From positions 1 through 34,771 of IMG/VR virus record IMGVR_UViG_3300017910_000227: a stretch of DNA of 34,771 nucleotides. The stretch is one strand, 5' to 3'. Origin of the DNA: a virus. Taxonomy: Duplodnaviria > Caudoviricetes. The notes beneath the pieces are model-generated. The model did no database searches. It worked only from the letters and a program-made list of their open reading frames with translations, and was not told the DNA's origin. A program made the translations under genes and the position numbers. Below are positions 24,598-32,434 of the stretch, piece after piece; the stretch's first letter is position 1, and each line of letters starts with the position of its first letter.

Positions 24598-26921
24598 TAC
24601 AAGATGCCTCCTGCGGGTTGTGGTTCGTCCTGCATGCCGAGGCCAAGAAGGCCAGCGCCGCCAGCGCTGAAGAGAGGTATGCCCTTCTTGATCGCCTCGC
24701 GCATCTTCGGCGTGATCTCGATGGTAAGGCGCGACGCCTTGTCGGCAGGGCCGGTCATTCGCACTTGCATGTTCCCAACAGTGGCCTCCGGGTCTAGCTT
24801 CTTAACAACTCCCGCCGCCGCCTTCGGAATAATGTTATCATAAAATGTCTCAAGCCCCTCTTCATTCCATCTGTCGTATTGAACATCGCCCGGAGAAAAA
24901 GAAACGTATTTTTTGTCTTCTTGAACAGCTTTGGCAAGCAGGCGCTTTACAGCAACCTCAGCAAACTTTTTGGAGCTTCCGACAAAGGGAGCGGGATCAA
25001 AGCCTCGTTTAATTCTGTTTATATCCTCAAGAACCTTCATATGCTCTTCATCTACTTTGTAATACCTGTCTTGAAGGGCCGCATACTTATCAAGCAGGTC
25101 TTTCGCCTCTATTTCAGCCCCCGCTATCCTTAAAACACCGTCTTTTGCTCGGCGCATCTCCATCATTAGCTCTTCGTTGCTGACCTTGCTAACTCGTTGC
25201 CCACCAACATTTTCATATAGGTCTGAAGAACCTTTGTAATACTCATATTCGCCGCCTATCTCTTTTTGTAGGCGCTTCATCATTTCGGCGTGAGCCTTCG
25301 CCTCTTCTGAATGAATTCCAGCCAAAGTCTTAAAGTAATCATCACTTTTTTTCATAAGGTCCGGGAGGGCTTCCCTGTCTCCGGGCTTGATGAACATGCC
25401 CCTGCCCTGCTGACCCCAGTCAGACTGAAGCTCCTCTACATACAAAACGTCCCCAGCATCTTTCGCCATAGTGCGGTCTGTTGTGCGAAGATGAACGACA
25501 ATGTTTGGCTCTTCAAAGTGGTCGCCTTGGAAAAAGTCGCCTCGCCCCTCAAAAACTGGGGCAGTCAGGCGTATTTCTTGATAGTTTGTTCCGCCATCTT
25601 CTGTGTATTCAGCGTATCGAGTGTCGCCGCCGCTGTAACCCACGATGCCCCTGTCAATAGCGTCCGTTTCAGCTTGGATGCGAGCCTCAGAAAGAGAAAA
25701 CGGGGTATTGTTTCCGGTGTCCACAAACTCCCCTGCCTCATTTCGGATTGAGTAGCCCATATCATCTGTGCCTACTATCTCATAGCCGGTGTCAGGGTCT
25801 TGCAAGCGCAAAACAGGGTCGTAGGAATATCTCTCTATCGCGAATTCCTTTGCAATATCGCGGACCTCATCTTGAACATAACCGGGCAGTTCCTCAAAAA
25901 GGTTTTCCTCAATAGCCTGCTTTATGACTTGCAACTTTTGGTCGCCGTCAGCATCCACATATTCTCCGGGGTTGCGCGCTTCAAGCTGACTAAGGACAGC
26001 GTCTGCATCCGTCTCCAAAATCATGTCAACTTCGTCTTCAATAAAGTCAGGCCCATAAGCAATATCCATATCGAGGATTTCTGCCGTAGCCGGGAAATTC
26101 ATAGCAGAATTTTGAAACTCGTCACCGGTAGTAATATATTCATCAAGGCTAATTCTGTTTTGCTGTAACAGACCCACCAGTTCGTCGCGGGTGACGCGCG
26201 GCTGGCTCAAAAGACCCTCAAGGCCGGGGGTAAAGGCGATCTCGTCGGGCTTAACGCCGCCCTTCAAGAGCATGCTGCGATATTGCTCGCCAGAGCCTTT
26301 CGGCTGCTGCAATCCCTTCGCGGTCTCAAGCGCCTGACTATAGAAGCCAAGATCGTCAATGTCTCTGACAGGAGCCTCCGGCGTCATAGGCGGCCCACCA
26401 TTGTCGCCCATACGGCGAACAATCATGTCGTCAATCGGCGCAGTCGGATCAATGCCCGACCCAAGCGTGGTGGTCCGGGCGCGCTCTGCGACCCGTGCAG
26501 GCGCCCCGGCCGCATATGCCTCCGCTCCGGCCTCCAGCAGATCAACGCCCCTCCCAAACGCCGCAGCGCCGCCTGTAGGCGCCAAAAGGCCGCCAGTGAC
26601 GCGCCCTGCGGTCTCAGCAAGCGACCCAGTCGGACGACCGTAATCATACCCAAGAAAATCAACGAAATCGGCATATCGGTTGATCAGATCATCCGCGCCA
26701 AGAAAGGGACGCGGAGAGCCAAGCACGTTCTGAACGCCGTACAAGCTGTCGATGCCCTGCAAGCCCATATTGACAAGATCAACCGGCGCACCAAGCAAAT
26801 CAAACGGCGAAAACTTCACGCCGCGAAAAAAATCATCCCTAGCTTGACGCCCCTGCGCCCTGTCGGCGGTGGAGGCATCGAGTAACCCCGCATCATACCC
26901 CCGATATAAGTCGGACATCAC
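24597..26921 (-). CDS. Large polyvalent-type protein (EELQSDW domain), probable packaged effector
   Basis: 774 aa; GFYS, GVKPDEI, GGTNYQE, HF.EPNI..HLR, VEELQSDW, APF, FYD.IIP and ITPKMRE...G.PLF motifs. Confidence 0.7.
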   Translation of the reverse strand: MMSDLYRGYDAGLLDASTADRAQGRQARDDFFRGVKFSPFDLLGAPVDLVNMGLQGIDSLYGVQNVLGSPRPFLGADDLINRYADFVDFLGYDYGRPTGSLAETAGRVTGGLLAPTGGAAAFGRGVDLLEAGAEAYAAGAPARVAERARTTTLGSGIDPTAPIDDMIVRRMGDNGGPPMTPEAPVRDIDDLGFYSQALETAKGLQQPKGSGEQYRSMLLKGGVKPDEIAFTPGLEGLLSQPRVTRDELVGLLQQNRISLDEYITTGDEFQNSAMNFPATAEILDMDIAYGPDFIEDEVDMILETDADAVLSQLEARNPGEYVDADGDQKLQVIKQAIEENLFEELPGYVQDEVRDIAKEFAIERYSYDPVLRLQDPDTGYEIVGTDDMGYSIRNEAGEFVDTGNNTPFSLSEARIQAETDAIDRGIVGYSGGDTRYAEYTEDGGTNYQEIRLTAPVFEGRGDFFQGDHFEEPNIVVHLRTTDRTMAKDAGDVLYVEELQSDWGQQGRGMFIKPGDREALPDLMKKSDDYFKTLAGIHSEEAKAHAEMMKRLQKEIGGEYEYYKGSSDLYENVGGQRVSKVSNEELMMEMRRAKDGVLRIAGAEIEAKDLLDKYAALQDRYYKVDEEHMKVLEDINRIKRGFDPAPFVGSSKKFAEVAVKRLLAKAVQEDKKYVSFSPGDVQYDRWNEEGLETFYDNIIPKAAAGVVKKLDPEATVGNMQVRMTGPADKASRLTIEITPKMREAIKKGIPLFSAGGAGLLGLGMQDEPQPAGGIL

Positions 26922-28330
26922 ACCACCCAGTTCGTTTTCGGCTTGACTATGCGATTGCTATTGTAACCTCTCGAATAACCTCCGGCAACCGCACCCTGAG
27001 CCGCAAAGGTCAGCACGAACGCATCCGCCACGTCAGGCGAACGCTGACCGCGCTTCTTCATCTCGTCCTTGCTCTCAATCTTCAGCTTGCCGCTGGACAG
27101 ATACTTGTACCTGATCCCCGTCAACTCCGAGATCAGCGTGTCATCCTGCGGTATCTTGCAGTCCCGCGCCTCAAACCACTCGCGCGCAGCCCAAAACAAC
27201 TCGTCCCGCAAGCGATTAAATCGATCCTTCAGGCTGGCCGTCTCACTGACCGAAACCGCCACAGCAGGGAGGTCCAACTCCCGCAAACGGTCAGCCAAGC
27301 CAGCGCCCAACCCGATGGCGTCGATATAAATCGCTTGGGGACGCATTGAATACGGCACGGCGTCATGCTCCGCAAGCACTATCCCGGCCAACTCCATCAA
27401 ATCCTTGTTCTGCCACGTCTTGATCGGCTCAATCAGCACATTCCCCTGCCGCTTCGCAAGCGCCGATCGATCCGAGCCAAACCGCGCCACGTCCAGCCCC
27501 CAAGTCACCGGCGTAGTCGGACCCGCCTGCACGTCGCGCTTCTGCGCGTCCTCCACAAGGTGCAACGGCAACAGCACATCATCCGACTGCGTAGGGAATT
27601 CGCCCAAACACCTCACCCTGAAGACATTGCTGCTCTCCCCATACTTCTCCGCCATGTCGGTGATAAACCTCGGATCAACATACTCGCCGTCCTCACACGA
27701 CACAGTCATGCAATGCCACTTGTCACGATCACCATGAAAAGCATCGTAAAAATACCCATCCGAACGGGTCGGGTTACCGCACATGATAATCTTCGCGCCG
27801 GGGGTGGATAGCGCACCAGAAGCCGTCTCAAAAATCACGTTCGGGATGCCAGACGCCTCTTCAATGCAAAACAACATCCAAGGCGAGTGAAATCCAGCCA
27901 AACTCTCCGGGTTCTCCCGCCTCGATGTTCTGGCGACCGCAAAACTGTCCGAAGCACCCTTGAGCGCGATCTTGTCCGACTTGAACTCAAGCAAATCCTT
28001 GAACGCCTCAGGCATTCCGCGCGCCCAGCGGTCGATTTCCGTCCACAGCACGTCCGATAGCTGGTGCGCGCTGTTCGCCGTCACGGCGACCTTACAAGGA
28101 TAGTGCGTCAACAGCCACCAGAGCACGACCCACGACTGAAATGCCGTCTTGCCGACCCCGTGTCCCGACTTCACCGCTAATCGGTCGTGCTTCGCGACCG
28201 CATCGAGCGCCTCAGCCTGCCAGCGCTGCGGCGTGGCGCCGAGAACGGACTGCACGAAAAAACGCGGATCGTCGCGAAACTGCGCGATCATCTCCACAAG
28301 ATCATTTTTTTCGGCGCCTATGGGGTTCAT
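26918..28330 (-). CDS. terL: Terminase large subunit
   Basis: Walker A SGHGVGKT, Walker B FCIEEA, GNPTR; nuclease motifs GLDVARFGSD and SPDVADA. Confidence 0.95.
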   Translation of the reverse strand: MNPIGAEKNDLVEMIAQFRDDPRFFVQSVLGATPQRWQAEALDAVAKHDRLAVKSGHGVGKTAFQSWVVLWWLLTHYPCKVAVTANSAHQLSDVLWTEIDRWARGMPEAFKDLLEFKSDKIALKGASDSFAVARTSRRENPESLAGFHSPWMLFCIEEASGIPNVIFETASGALSTPGAKIIMCGNPTRSDGYFYDAFHGDRDKWHCMTVSCEDGEYVDPRFITDMAEKYGESSNVFRVRCLGEFPTQSDDVLLPLHLVEDAQKRDVQAGPTTPVTWGLDVARFGSDRSALAKRQGNVLIEPIKTWQNKDLMELAGIVLAEHDAVPYSMRPQAIYIDAIGLGAGLADRLRELDLPAVAVSVSETASLKDRFNRLRDELFWAAREWFEARDCKIPQDDTLISELTGIRYKYLSSGKLKIESKDEMKKRGQRSPDVADAFVLTFAAQGAVAGGYSRGYNSNRIVKPKTNWVV

Positions 28331-28445
28331 GCGTTATCTCCGAGACGGGGGTGGGGGTGGTGAGAGGGGTATATATTTTTTTACCGGCCCCGCGCGTCTG
28401 CGAGACCGGGGGGGGTCTACCGCATTTTGGTTAACTTTCTGGCAA

Positions 28446-28473
28446 ATGTCGCATAATGTTCATTATGGATTTG
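28446..28473 (+). promoter_or_regulatory. dif-like XerC/XerD recombination site
   Basis: ATGTCGCATAA-TGTTCA-TTATGGATTTG has the 11-6-11 layout; 16/18 identical to the E. coli dif core CGCATAATGTATATTATG; intergenic. Confidence 0.65.
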
Positions 28474-28520
28474 GTATACCCTGCGTTTTCAGTTACTTAG
28501 CTGATCGTCCGTTTTCGGCC

Positions 28521-29012
28521 TTATATCATGTCGCTATCAGAACACTCATTTTGGGCGGATTTGCCGCGCGCGCGTACTGTATCCGCTTGTGTGTCTCGCT
28601 CGTCTGTAAGCGCCACAGGCTCGGTTGCGTTCACCTGTGTCAGCGCCTCAAGATACGAGCCGCCTTTCGACGGCGTCACCTCGACCTGTTGCTTATCTCC
28701 GTAAATCTTTGGCGTCATTCGGGCGGCCTGCCATTTGAGAATATCGGCAGCGACGCGAGCGCTTGCTGGATCGATCATCCCGGCTCGGGTGTCTCGGTAA
28801 ATCTCATCTAGCTCCTCAGCCAGCATCATGCCCCGAAACTCTAGCGCCATCCGATACTGCTTCTCGAAGTCCGGCTCAGCCGCAATCTTTCTTGCCACTG
28901 TCGCCCAGCTTGGCATGCTCTTGTCCTTGCAGATCACCCGCACGGCCTCACCATTGCTGATCCGCTCTAAGAATTCCGGCCAGACGCTCTCGTCCACCTT
29001 CGGATACGCCAT
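28521..29012 (-). CDS. terS: Terminase small subunit
   Basis: RISNGEAVRVICKDKSMPSWATV helix-turn-helix and ARV..D.LKWQAARMTPKIYGDK; upstream of terL. Confidence 0.85.
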   Translation of the reverse strand: MAYPKVDESVWPEFLERISNGEAVRVICKDKSMPSWATVARKIAAEPDFEKQYRMALEFRGMMLAEELDEIYRDTRAGMIDPASARVAADILKWQAARMTPKIYGDKQQVEVTPSKGGSYLEALTQVNATEPVALTDERDTQADTVRARGKSAQNECSDSDMI

Positions 29013-29221
29013 CAATCAATATCCTCCTCAAACGCAATGTAATGACGCGGATCGCTGTCGATCTCCAGCAGCGGCTTGCGGCAAGCGCTACACACCACTG
29101 TCTGCGTCTCTTCATAAACCCTGCCGCGTGTCGGCAGCCCACACCAGTCGCAGTCCCAAGGATCGCGGAAGAACCGCACCCAGTCCCTGTCATGCGCCTC
29201 GATGCAGATCAGGTCACCCAT
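29012..29221 (-). CDS. Small zinc-finger protein
   Basis: CDWC...CSAC; coupled to terS. Confidence 0.7.
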   Translation of the reverse strand: MGDLICIEAHDRDWVRFFRDPWDCDWCGLPTRGRVYEETQTVVCSACRKPLLEIDSDPRHYIAFEEDID

Positions 29222-29474
29222 CGGCTATCTCTGCGCCGCATGCGCCATATCCGGCAATGTCCACCCAGCTATCCTCATGGTCAGGCGTCTCCATCAATCT
29301 GGCGACCTTCACGCAGGTCATGCAGAGCACCACCTGCTCCGGTGTGACGCGCTGACCAAGCACCACCGACCACAGTGACGCTATCCGCTTGTGGTTCTCC
29401 AGCACGTCGCCATAGCTCTCGCCACGTTTCTCGACGGCGCTTATGGCCGCCTCCAGCGCTTCTAACTTCTTCAC
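29214..29474 (-). CDS. DUF6378-like protein
   Basis: RGESYG...NHKRIASLWS...V.LCM..VKVARL...H.DSWVDIAGYGA. Confidence 0.85.
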   Translation of the reverse strand: MKKLEALEAAISAVEKRGESYGDVLENHKRIASLWSVVLGQRVTPEQVVLCMTCVKVARLMETPDHEDSWVDIAGYGACGAEIADG

Positions 29475-29604
29475 CTTTGCCTCCTATCATCAAATCACAA
29501 GAGCGGCACCTCCTACCGCCCTTGATCTCTTCCAGCGTTGAGCTTTGGCACTTCGGGCAGCAGCCCTGAGCCAACCACTTCGAGAATGTTCCGTCACCGT
29601 ACAT
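29281..29604 (-). CDS. Small zinc-ribbon protein (3' part overlaps the DUF6378 gene)
   Basis: CPKC...CRSC in the first 40 aa, which fill the 29475-29604 gap; the rest overlaps the next gene by 194 nt. Confidence 0.45.
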   Translation of the reverse strand: MYGDGTFSKWLAQGCCPKCQSSTLEEIKGGRRCRSCDLMIGGKGEEVRSAGGGHKRRRETWRELWRRAGEPQADSVTVVGGAWSARHTGAGGALHDLREGRQIDGDA

Positions 29605-29833
29605 ATCGCTTCACCACCTGTGTCTTGTTTTCTGCATCAGGCTCGACCCACCTAGCCCTGCACGTTGCCACCGGCTCACTGACGCCATCATGCGCTGACG
29701 GATATATCTCTACCTTCACGCCATCCTTGCCGCGTATGATGTGGATCGTCAGCGTATGTACATCGACCCACGCATGGTTGCCGAGCAACTGATATTCCCG
29801 GTTGGCGTAGATGATGTTCAGATCGTCGCTCAA
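29594..29833 (-). CDS. Hypothetical protein
   Basis: 79 aa, ATGA-coupled. Confidence 0.7.
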   Translation of the reverse strand: MSDDLNIIYANREYQLLGNHAWVDVHTLTIHIIRGKDGVKVEIYPSAHDGVSEPVATCRARWVEPDAENKTQVVKRYVR

Positions 29834-30420
29834 AAGGGTATCTCATCATCCAGTTCTAGCTCGGCAGGTTTTGGTTTGACCGCCTCGATTGTAGCACCGG
29901 GAAACAGCGACTTCACCTTGTTCGTCATTTCACCTGCCTTGCTGGCTTCCCACCGTTCGACGATAGCCGCAATCTCCGACATCGTGTAGACCCTGTCGAT
30001 CCTGCCCTCGTCTCTGATCTTGGCGATGCTCGCCCCATCCTTGCACACTGCCACGACGGCGCCTGCTGGCGTTGTCTCTTCCCACACCTCGCCACTGACC
30101 GGCTCCGCTCCAAGCTCGACGGCTCTGCGCTCTAGCGCCTGCACTCCGCGCACCGTTGCCGCCACAGCCTCTTCAACCTCGATGCCGCTACCTTTGGCAA
30201 TCGCCGCATTGAGCACATCCATCTGCGCCCAGAACCTGTCACGCAGTTCCGGCTCGACCAGAAGCGGCAACCTATCCACACCCCACTTGATCTCTCTCGC
30301 TCTCACCTCGGCATCATATGTCGCCAGAGCGGCGCGGCACTTGCCCGCGTCTCGCTCTGATGGATAGAACTTCCAGTCCCTTCCCTGCTTGCTTTTCGGT
30401 ATTCTCTTTCTCGTAGCCAT
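29830..30420 (-). CDS. Hypothetical protein with DDEIPF (SSB-like) C-terminal tail
   Basis: 196 aa; KWGVDRLPLLV, VKSLFPGA and terminal LDDEIPF; GGGAG RBS. Confidence 0.8.
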   Translation of the reverse strand: MATRKRIPKSKQGRDWKFYPSERDAGKCRAALATYDAEVRAREIKWGVDRLPLLVEPELRDRFWAQMDVLNAAIAKGSGIEVEEAVAATVRGVQALERRAVELGAEPVSGEVWEETTPAGAVVAVCKDGASIAKIRDEGRIDRVYTMSEIAAIVERWEASKAGEMTNKVKSLFPGATIEAVKPKPAELELDDEIPF

Positions 30421-30437
30421 GCCCTTCTCCCTTCACT

Positions 30438-30531
30438 GATCCGACATACATCCGATGATCCGACCCCTATAGGGGTCGTCGGATCGGACGGATGTGTATG
30501 CATATCCGATCGGATGATCCGATGATCCGAT
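30438..30531. repeat. Iteron/palindrome cluster, putative replication origin
   Basis: Six ATCCGA and two TCGGAT copies in about 92 bp around the perfect palindrome CGACCCCTATAGGGGTCG (30461-30478); directly after the primase-helicase stop. Confidence 0.7.
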
Positions 30532-32354
30532 CAAACATCACTTAACTCTTTGTTTTTCCAACATACACCATCAACGGATATGATCCATTCATTGTCAATT
30601 AGAGCGTCCCGAGCCGATCCTCTCGTTTGCGGCTTTGTATCGGGCATATCGGATGTCATTTTCGTGGCCCAATCCTTGTGTGATATCTTCACCGTGCCGC
30701 GATCCACACACATGTTCTCGAAGATTTGCAGCGCCCGTTTCTGTGCGCCGGTCGGACGCCACGTTCTCTTTTTCTTGGGCGTCTCGTCGGTGCGTTGCAG
30801 CACAACAGATGTCTCACTGATCGACGCTGGCACGGTCACCATCGACAGATTGATGTCATCGAGCGGCTCTGCGTCCTTCTGCTTTTCGGTGCGGAGCGTG
30901 ACGATGTCATCGGACTTGCCGACCATCAGTGATGTATCAACCGCCCCTAGAAGCGCCGTGGAGCCGCGTGCGCCGCGATTGGCGTCCTTACCGGCGTGAT
31001 GCACCGCCAGCAGCGCACCGCCCGTCAGCGCCTTGATTTCGTCACATGCGGCGACGAACAATCCCATGTCGGTGCTGCTGTTCTCTTCTGCGCCAGCGAT
31101 GGCGCGTGCCACCGTATCCACAATGACGAGCGCGAACTGCTGCCCGATGTCTTCGACTGTTGCGACGAGGCGTGCGATATCCTCGGGTTCACGAAAGTTC
31201 ACAGCAGTCGGCAGCAGGTACATATCCGGCTCGTCTGCCTTGCCATGATGCCGCTCCCACGCCTTCCAGCGCTTACCGAAGCCTCCGATGCCCTCGCCGG
31301 CGATGTACAGCACTGCGCCCTGCCTGACGCTCTGTCCCTGCCACGGCTGGCCGTGCGCGACGCTGAGCGCTATGTCGATGGCGAGGAACGACTTGCCGGT
31401 TCCGGGTGCGCCATACATCATCGCAAAGCCTGTGTTCGTGAGCAGCCCGTCCACAAGGAATTCGACCGGCGGCATTGCAAACACCTCGCCCCGGCGCATC
31501 GTTCTGTAGCGCTCGATGGCCTGCCCTTCGGCTGCGCCTTCAACTTGCGGTGCCTTGTTCAGCGGGTCGGTGCGCCGTACTGCTGTGACGAGATCATCGA
31601 GCGTGTGGGTTCTCAGGAAGTCCACCACGTCGCCCTTGTCCGGCAGGCCCGGCAGATCGACGCGCTTGATCTGGTTTGCCTTGCCCCACAACGACGCAAC
31701 CACGGCGTCGGCGTGGCGCAGACCCACCTGATCATTGTCGGGCATGACGATCACGTTGCGCCCTTCGAGGTGCTGCGCGTGTTCTTCGCCCCACTTGCCT
31801 GCGCCGCCGTGGTTTGTCGTGGCGACCAGCCCGGCCTCGATCAGCACGTCGGCGCACTGCTCGCCCTCGACCACGAAGACGGGTGCGCTCGGGTTCTCGA
31901 TGATGCCGGGCAGATTGTACGGCAGAGGCGTAATGCCTTTGATGTTGTGCAGATAGCCGCCCTTGCCGTCGGGCTGGCGCAGGCGGAATGACTTCGGATA
32001 CATCCTGAGCGCCTGATACGCCTCGGCGCCGTCTGCGTCGTAATATGAGTGGATGCGCTGGATGTATTGCTTCGGCTCCAGAGCGGACTGCGCCTGCTTC
32101 TGTATGCCGAACTCGCGTTCAAGCACGTCGGCGACCGAGCCTGATATGCCGAGGTTGCCGTGGCGCTTTACGAGGTCGATCACCCCGCCGCCCTGCTCTT
32201 CCTCGAAGTCGTACCAAGCGCCCTTAGCCAGATCGAGTTCGCGCGATCCCTTGTTTCCCCAGCGCAGCGTCCGCCCCTTGACGGACAGCTTCGCGTTCGG
32301 CTCGCCCCAGTAGTGCCGGGCGATCCTTTCCGCGTGTGCCGCTATGTTGTTCAT
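30531..32354 (-). CDS. Primase-helicase (TOPRIM plus RepA/AAA_25-type SF4 helicase)
   Basis: TOPRIM FVVEGE..AD and PDND..G; Walker A YGAPGTGKS, YIAGEG, IVDT, VHHAGK..RGARGS. Start MNNIAAH at 32354 after CAGGGAG. Confidence 0.9.
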   Translation of the reverse strand: MNNIAAHAERIARHYWGEPNAKLSVKGRTLRWGNKGSRELDLAKGAWYDFEEEQGGGVIDLVKRHGNLGISGSVADVLEREFGIQKQAQSALEPKQYIQRIHSYYDADGAEAYQALRMYPKSFRLRQPDGKGGYLHNIKGITPLPYNLPGIIENPSAPVFVVEGEQCADVLIEAGLVATTNHGGAGKWGEEHAQHLEGRNVIVMPDNDQVGLRHADAVVASLWGKANQIKRVDLPGLPDKGDVVDFLRTHTLDDLVTAVRRTDPLNKAPQVEGAAEGQAIERYRTMRRGEVFAMPPVEFLVDGLLTNTGFAMMYGAPGTGKSFLAIDIALSVAHGQPWQGQSVRQGAVLYIAGEGIGGFGKRWKAWERHHGKADEPDMYLLPTAVNFREPEDIARLVATVEDIGQQFALVIVDTVARAIAGAEENSSTDMGLFVAACDEIKALTGGALLAVHHAGKDANRGARGSTALLGAVDTSLMVGKSDDIVTLRTEKQKDAEPLDDINLSMVTVPASISETSVVLQRTDETPKKKRTWRPTGAQKRALQIFENMCVDRGTVKISHKDWATKMTSDMPDTKPQTRGSARDALIDNEWIISVDGVCWKNKELSDV

Positions 32355-32358
32355 TGAG

Positions 32359-32426
32359 CCGTCTCCCTGTTGCTTCCCTTGATATTGATGCCCTCGGCGG
32401 TGCAGGGAAACAAACACCGCCGAGGG
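32359..32426 (-). promoter_or_regulatory. 12-bp hairpin with a loop complementary to the primase RBS
   Basis: Stem 32391-32402 / 32415-32426 is perfect. Minus-strand loop UUUGUUUCCCUG can pair with CAGGGAGACGG (32369-32359). Confidence 0.55.
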
Positions 32427-32434
32427 CCACCGCG

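Noticed and set aside
30438-30531. Short repeats as a CRISPR array
   Set aside because: The repeats are 6 bp, in both orientations, with no unique spacers and no cas genes.
30996-31991. Long opposite-strand ORFs (for example 30996-31991, 15756-16451, 17544-18251, 20141-20749, 26283-26885, 3112-3765)
   Set aside because: These are shadows of GC-rich genes with clear motifs on the other strand, with no recognisable domains.
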